The notes under the pieces were generated by a model. That model was not told where the DNA came from, ran no database searches, and saw nothing but the letters and a program-made list of their open reading frames with translations. The position numbers and the translations under genes are program-made. This document shows positions 59,998 through 64,000 of a stretch of 64,000 nucleotides of DNA, in pieces. Position 1 is the stretch's first letter; every line of letters starts with the position of its first letter. This DNA is from Sphingobacteriaceae bacterium (GTDB lineage Bacteria; Bacteroidota; Bacteroidia; Sphingobacteriales; Sphingobacteriaceae). The stretch covers positions 1,819 to 65,818 of the forward strand of contig JAIEMU010000140.1 in NCBI GenBank assembly GCA_019751895.1, written 5' to 3'.

Positions 59998-60639
59998 TTA
60001 ATGATTAAGATAAGCAACCATGTAATCGTCGCTTGTTTTGAAATAATTAACTTGTAATGTTTCTGTTCCCGAAGGTAAAATCACAAGGGCTTCTAGTGCG
60101 CCATCTTTTTTAAGTTTAAAGGGCTTGATGTGGATATGTTGTTTAAAATCCAAGCCTTTTTTGCCGTACCATTTATAAATGGCTTCTTTGGCGCACCAAC
60201 ATACGTATAGGCCACAGGTATTGTCGCCAATTTGTTTTTGTGCCAATTCTAAGTCGGTCAAAAATTTATGCTTAACACCTTTTATGCGGTGTTTTATTTG
60301 TTCAATGTCAATCCCCACCGATTGTTTTTTTGAAAGCATTACAGCAGCATAATCTCCTGAATGGCTAAATGAAATGAAGTTTTTATAGTCGGGCAAAAAG
60401 GGTTTGCCATCGGCATCATTTTCGCAAACAATATAGGCGTCGGTAGCCAATAAGCTGCGCAATAAAACACGCACCGCCAACCAGTGTTTTAGTCTGCTTT
60501 CGCTTTTTATTCCAGCTAAGGTATTCAATTCCTCGGCATTGAGTTGCAAAGAAGCGGTTAATTCTTCACTACTTTCTTCAATCTTCCAAATCCCAAAAAC
60601 ACAGTCTTCGCTTAGCGTTTTTTTTAAAATTATCGGCAT
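59998..60639 (-). CDS. 4'-phosphopantetheinyl transferase family protein
   Basis: GKP, SFSHS, VGIDIE and WCAKEA.YK motifs. Confidence 0.9.
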   Translation of the reverse strand: MPIILKKTLSEDCVFGIWKIEESSEELTASLQLNAEELNTLAGIKSESRLKHWLAVRVLLRSLLATDAYIVCENDADGKPFLPDYKNFISFSHSGDYAAVMLSKKQSVGIDIEQIKHRIKGVKHKFLTDLELAQKQIGDNTCGLYVCWCAKEAIYKWYGKKGLDFKQHIHIKPFKLKKDGALEALVILPSGTETLQVNYFKTSDDYMVAYLNH

Positions 60640-60806
60640 TTATTCATTTCAAAATTAAGGATGCAAATTTAAGTCTAAATATTTGTAATTAACCCTCAAT
60701 ATTTTAAAAATCATGATTTCAATTTTTGTCTGTACTAAAAAATCTACTTTAAAAAACAATTCAATTTATTCGTAAATATGTATAAATTGCCAAAAAAAAT
60801 AACGAG

Positions 60807-61577
60807 ATGAATACATTAAAAATTAGCATTAAAGATAGATTGGCGATAGTTACTTTAAATAGACCAAAAGCAAATGCCATCAACAAAGAAATGATGGACG
60901 AGATAAACGAGCTATTTAAAAACCTTTCCCAAGATGAGAACATTGGAGGCGTTATTATAACGGGGCATGAAGGTATTTTTTCCGCAGGTTTGGATTTAAT
61001 CGAATTGTACAATTATAACGAACAAGAGGTTGCTGATTTTTGGAAACAATTCCTTCAGTTTACCGCAAATTTGGTAGCTTTCCAAAAACCGATGATTGCC
61101 GCCATTAACGGACATAGTCCTGCGGGCGGTTGTGTCATTGCCTTGGCTTGTGATTATCGAGTGATGGCAAACGGGAAATATAAAATCGGACTCAACGAAG
61201 TGCCTGTGGGGATTATTGTGCCAGAGAGTATTTTTAGTTTGTACGCCTTTTGGATAGGAGAGGCGCAGGCCAGTAGAAGTTTGCTTGCCGGTAAATTGTT
61301 TGAGCCTGAACAGGCTTTAGCTATTGGATTGGTAGATGAGTTGGTGAACCCAGAAAGTATTTTGACCAATGCTGAACGCAGCATGCGCAAGATGATGGCT
61401 TTTGAAGAAAATACTTGGCAACAATCGAAAATCAATACCCGAAAAAAATTGATGCAAAGTTTAAGTGCCGATCAAAGTGAAACCTTAGCGCTGATGCTCA
61501 AACAATGGTGGGCGCCTCAAACCCGTGAAAATTTAAAACTAATTATTGAAAGTCTAAAACCAAAAAACAATGTATAA
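60807..61577 (+). CDS. Enoyl-CoA hydratase/isomerase family; delta3-delta2 isomerase-like
   Basis: FSAGLDL, INGHSPAGGC and IGLNE motifs. Confidence 0.88.
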   Translation: MNTLKISIKDRLAIVTLNRPKANAINKEMMDEINELFKNLSQDENIGGVIITGHEGIFSAGLDLIELYNYNEQEVADFWKQFLQFTANLVAFQKPMIAAINGHSPAGGCVIALACDYRVMANGKYKIGLNEVPVGIIVPESIFSLYAFWIGEAQASRSLLAGKLFEPEQALAIGLVDELVNPESILTNAERSMRKMMAFEENTWQQSKINTRKKLMQSLSADQSETLALMLKQWWAPQTRENLKLIIESLKPKNNV

Positions 61578-62430
61578 TCAATCAATGTTAAGAGACGATG
61601 CCTTAAAAGGCAAAACCATTGTCATTACTGGCGGCGGTTCAGGCTTAGGAAAATCTATGGGAACCTATTTTTTGCAACTAGGTGCAAACTTAGTCATTAC
61701 AAGTAGGAATTTAGAAAAACTTGAAAAGACTGCGCAAGAAATGCAAGACCTAACGGGGGGTAAAGTATTGGCGGTAGCTTGCGACGTGAGAGAATACAGT
61801 CAGGTAGAAAATTTATTGAATAAGTCTATAGAAAAATTTGGAAGTATAGATTCGTTGATAAATAATGCTGCAGGAAATTTTATTTCCCCTACAGAGCGTT
61901 TGTCTGCCAATGCTTTTTCGGCAGTGATAGACATTGTCTTGAAAGGTTCTGTAAATTGTACATTGGCATTTGGAAAACATTGGATAGCCGAAAAACAAAA
62001 AGCAAACGTGCTGAATATTGTCACTACCTACGCTTTTACGGGTTCGGCTTATGTCGTTCCTTCGGCATGTGCCAAAGGTGGCGTGTTGGCAATGACCCGC
62101 TCGCTTGCTGTAGAGTGGGGCAAGTATGGAATTAGAACCAACGCTATTGCGCCCGGCCCATTTCCTACCAAAGGCGCTTGGGATAAATTGTTGCCAGGAG
62201 AGCTGGCCGAAAAATTTGATTTCAAAAACAGAGTACCTTTAAAGAGAGTAGGTGAACATCAAGAGTTATCAAATTTAGCTGCATTTTTGGTTAGCGATTT
62301 TTCTTCATATATCAATGGCGAGGTGATTACCATCGATGGTGGTGAATGGTTGCAAGGCGCAGGTCAAATGAATGGCTTGGAAATTGTAACTGACCAAATG
62401 TGGGATGCTTTTGCCAAAATGACCCGATAA
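61570..62430 (+). CDS. SDR oxidoreductase, 2,4-dienoyl-CoA reductase-like
   Basis: TGGGSGLG, NNAAGNFISPTERLS and SLAVEWG motifs. Confidence 0.88.
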   Translation: MYNQSMLRDDALKGKTIVITGGGSGLGKSMGTYFLQLGANLVITSRNLEKLEKTAQEMQDLTGGKVLAVACDVREYSQVENLLNKSIEKFGSIDSLINNAAGNFISPTERLSANAFSAVIDIVLKGSVNCTLAFGKHWIAEKQKANVLNIVTTYAFTGSAYVVPSACAKGGVLAMTRSLAVEWGKYGIRTNAIAPGPFPTKGAWDKLLPGELAEKFDFKNRVPLKRVGEHQELSNLAAFLVSDFSSYINGEVITIDGGEWLQGAGQMNGLEIVTDQMWDAFAKMTR

Positions 62431-62550
62431 ATCAAGTTGTTTTTATGTCAAAATGATAAATTGGATTTTGTTTTTTTCTTTTCGCCTTAGCGATGATGTA
62501 TTTTTTTGTACATTTAAAGCTTTTAATAATTTTAAAATCTTTAAACCAAT

Positions 62551-64000
62551 ATGCTACACGTAAATAATGATAAGCCATGTAAAATTGTGTATTCGATTTG
62601 CAAACATGCTTATTTGGGTTATTTGATAGAACCACATATTGTACAGCTCAATCCAAAAGGTGATTTTTCGTTTACTCATCAACGCCTTTTTTCGCATACG
62701 GCAATTCAGTTTTCGAATCACTTGAGTGATTTTGACAGCAAGCTGATTAAAATGTTGGACGAAATAGAACAAGATTATTTAATCAAAAAGTACTATAAAA
62801 AACCAATTCGGGCACATGCCTTTTTTACGACCATTTTTGACGAGAATTTTTTTGCAACCGTTAGACCTAAAATTGAGCGAAAAATAGCCGATGTTTTAGC
62901 GCTTTTGCAAAACAAAGAAGCTTTATTTTTGATGGATAAAGAGGGTTGGCCAGTGGCACAAAAAATAAATTTCGCTAGCCAAGCGGCAACTGTTTTGTTC
63001 CATTTTCGCAGAAACGAAACCGAAACACGGTATTTTCCGACCATCAAATACGATGGTTTTAGGATAGAATTTATGTTCAAAGATGCGCAAATTATCTGCA
63101 ATCAGCCTGCTTGGCTATTGTTGGATGGACAGCTTTATTTTTTTGAACAAGATATTGAAGGCAAAAAGTTGCAGCCTTTTCTCAATAAGCGTTTTATCAG
63201 CATTCCCAAAGCTACGGAAGCTACCTATTTTCAAAAGTTTGTAGCTCCTTTGATAGAAAAATTCCATGTTTATGCCGAGGGTTTTGAGATAAGAACCGAA
63301 AAAAACGAGAACAAGGCCATTTTAAAAGTTATTTATGTGGCAGATGGCATTTCGCAAATTCAGCTTTGCTTTAGTTATGGAAAGCACAATTTTGTGATGG
63401 GAAACGGTCAAAAAGTAACCGTCGATTTGGTGAAAGAGGATGATAACTACGTGTTCACCCGCATCAAAAGAGAGGTAGCTTGGGAACAAGAAAAGTTTGA
63501 TTGGTTGCTAAGCATGGGGTTGAAAAAAGCGAGTGCCTTGTTTTATAATTTAGAAGTAAAGGAAACCTACGAAGGTCAAAATGTTGCTTATGCGGTTATC
63601 AATTGGGTGAATGAACACATCGATGTTTTAACCGAGCAGGGTTTTGAGGTGTTGCAAGAAAACCATGCCAAAAAATTTGTGATTGGCGCCAATAAAATTG
63701 ATTTTGAAATTAAAGAAGAAAACGATTGGTTCGATATTCAGGCGGTGGTATATTTTGGCATTTATCCCATTCCTTTTATTGCGCTAAAAAATTACATTTT
63801 GCACAAGACGAAAGAATTTCCTTTGCCCGATGGAAATATTGCCATTATTCCCGATAGGTGGTTTACGCAATTTAGTGGCTTGTTTAATTTTTCGGAGGGT
63901 GGCAACAGCGATTTGAAACTCAAAAAACACCACATTGGCTTAATAGACGATTTGGCAAGTGACAGCATCGCCCATGTAACTTTGCATCGAAAATTAGAAA
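62551..64000 (+). CDS. Probable SNF2/DEAD-DEAH helicase, N-terminal part (runs off window)
   Basis: Open frame from ATG 62551: MLHVNNDKPCKIVYSICKHAYLGYLIEPH...ENDWFDIQAVVYFG...LPDGNIAIIPDRW, resembling the N-terminal region of Bacteroidota SNF2 proteins; helicase motifs not reached. Confidence 0.65.
   Translation, partial: MLHVNNDKPCKIVYSICKHAYLGYLIEPHIVQLNPKGDFSFTHQRLFSHTAIQFSNHLSDFDSKLIKMLDEIEQDYLIKKYYKKPIRAHAFFTTIFDENFFATVRPKIERKIADVLALLQNKEALFLMDKEGWPVAQKINFASQAATVLFHFRRNETETRYFPTIKYDGFRIEFMFKDAQIICNQPAWLLLDGQLYFFEQDIEGKKLQPFLNKRFISIPKATEATYFQKFVAPLIEKFHVYAEGFEIRTEKNENKAILKVIYVADGISQIQLCFSYGKHNFVMGNGQKVTVDLVKEDDNYVFTRIKREVAWEQEKFDWLLSMGLKKASALFYNLEVKETYEGQNVAYAVINWVNEHIDVLTEQGFEVLQENHAKKFVIGANKIDFEIKEENDWFDIQAVVYFGIYPIPFIALKNYILHKTKEFPLPDGNIAIIPDRWFTQFSGLFNFSEGGNSDLKLKKHHIGLIDDLASDSIAHVTLHRKLE

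Overview
AT-rich Bacteroidota chromosome segment, most like Pedobacter/Sphingobacteriaceae (TAnnTTTG -7 promoters, SusC/SusD, T9SS cargo with PorP). Most of it is housekeeping: 5' end of trpE with a Trp leader-peptide attenuator, tRNA-Met, lptF/G, metK behind a SAM-II-type riboswitch, pckA, an exbB-exbD-exbD-tonB-pstS-like-TPR operon, a LytS/LytTR pair, typA, uvrB, an M1 peptidase, a 4888-aa repetitive T9SS adhesin plus PorP/SprF, a GH2, sdaA, lipB, an ECI/DECR-like pair and the start of an SNF2 helicase. The 17.4-33.2 kb interval holds six toxin-antitoxin (TA)-type modules, and three of the toxins are broken while their partners are intact. The most striking structure is at 30.7-33.2 kb: three copies of a 111-bp REP-like palindromic core about 970-980 bp apart separate TA cassettes. 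Two copies carry an arm that reads as an internally deleted 3' end of a RAYT/Y1 tyrosine transposase, and one copy has a flipped hairpin interior. A second, unrelated repeat family brackets the mobile-mystery A/B (HTH + Fic) pair at 22.7-24.4 kb. All family assignments come from motif recognition by eye; no searches were run.
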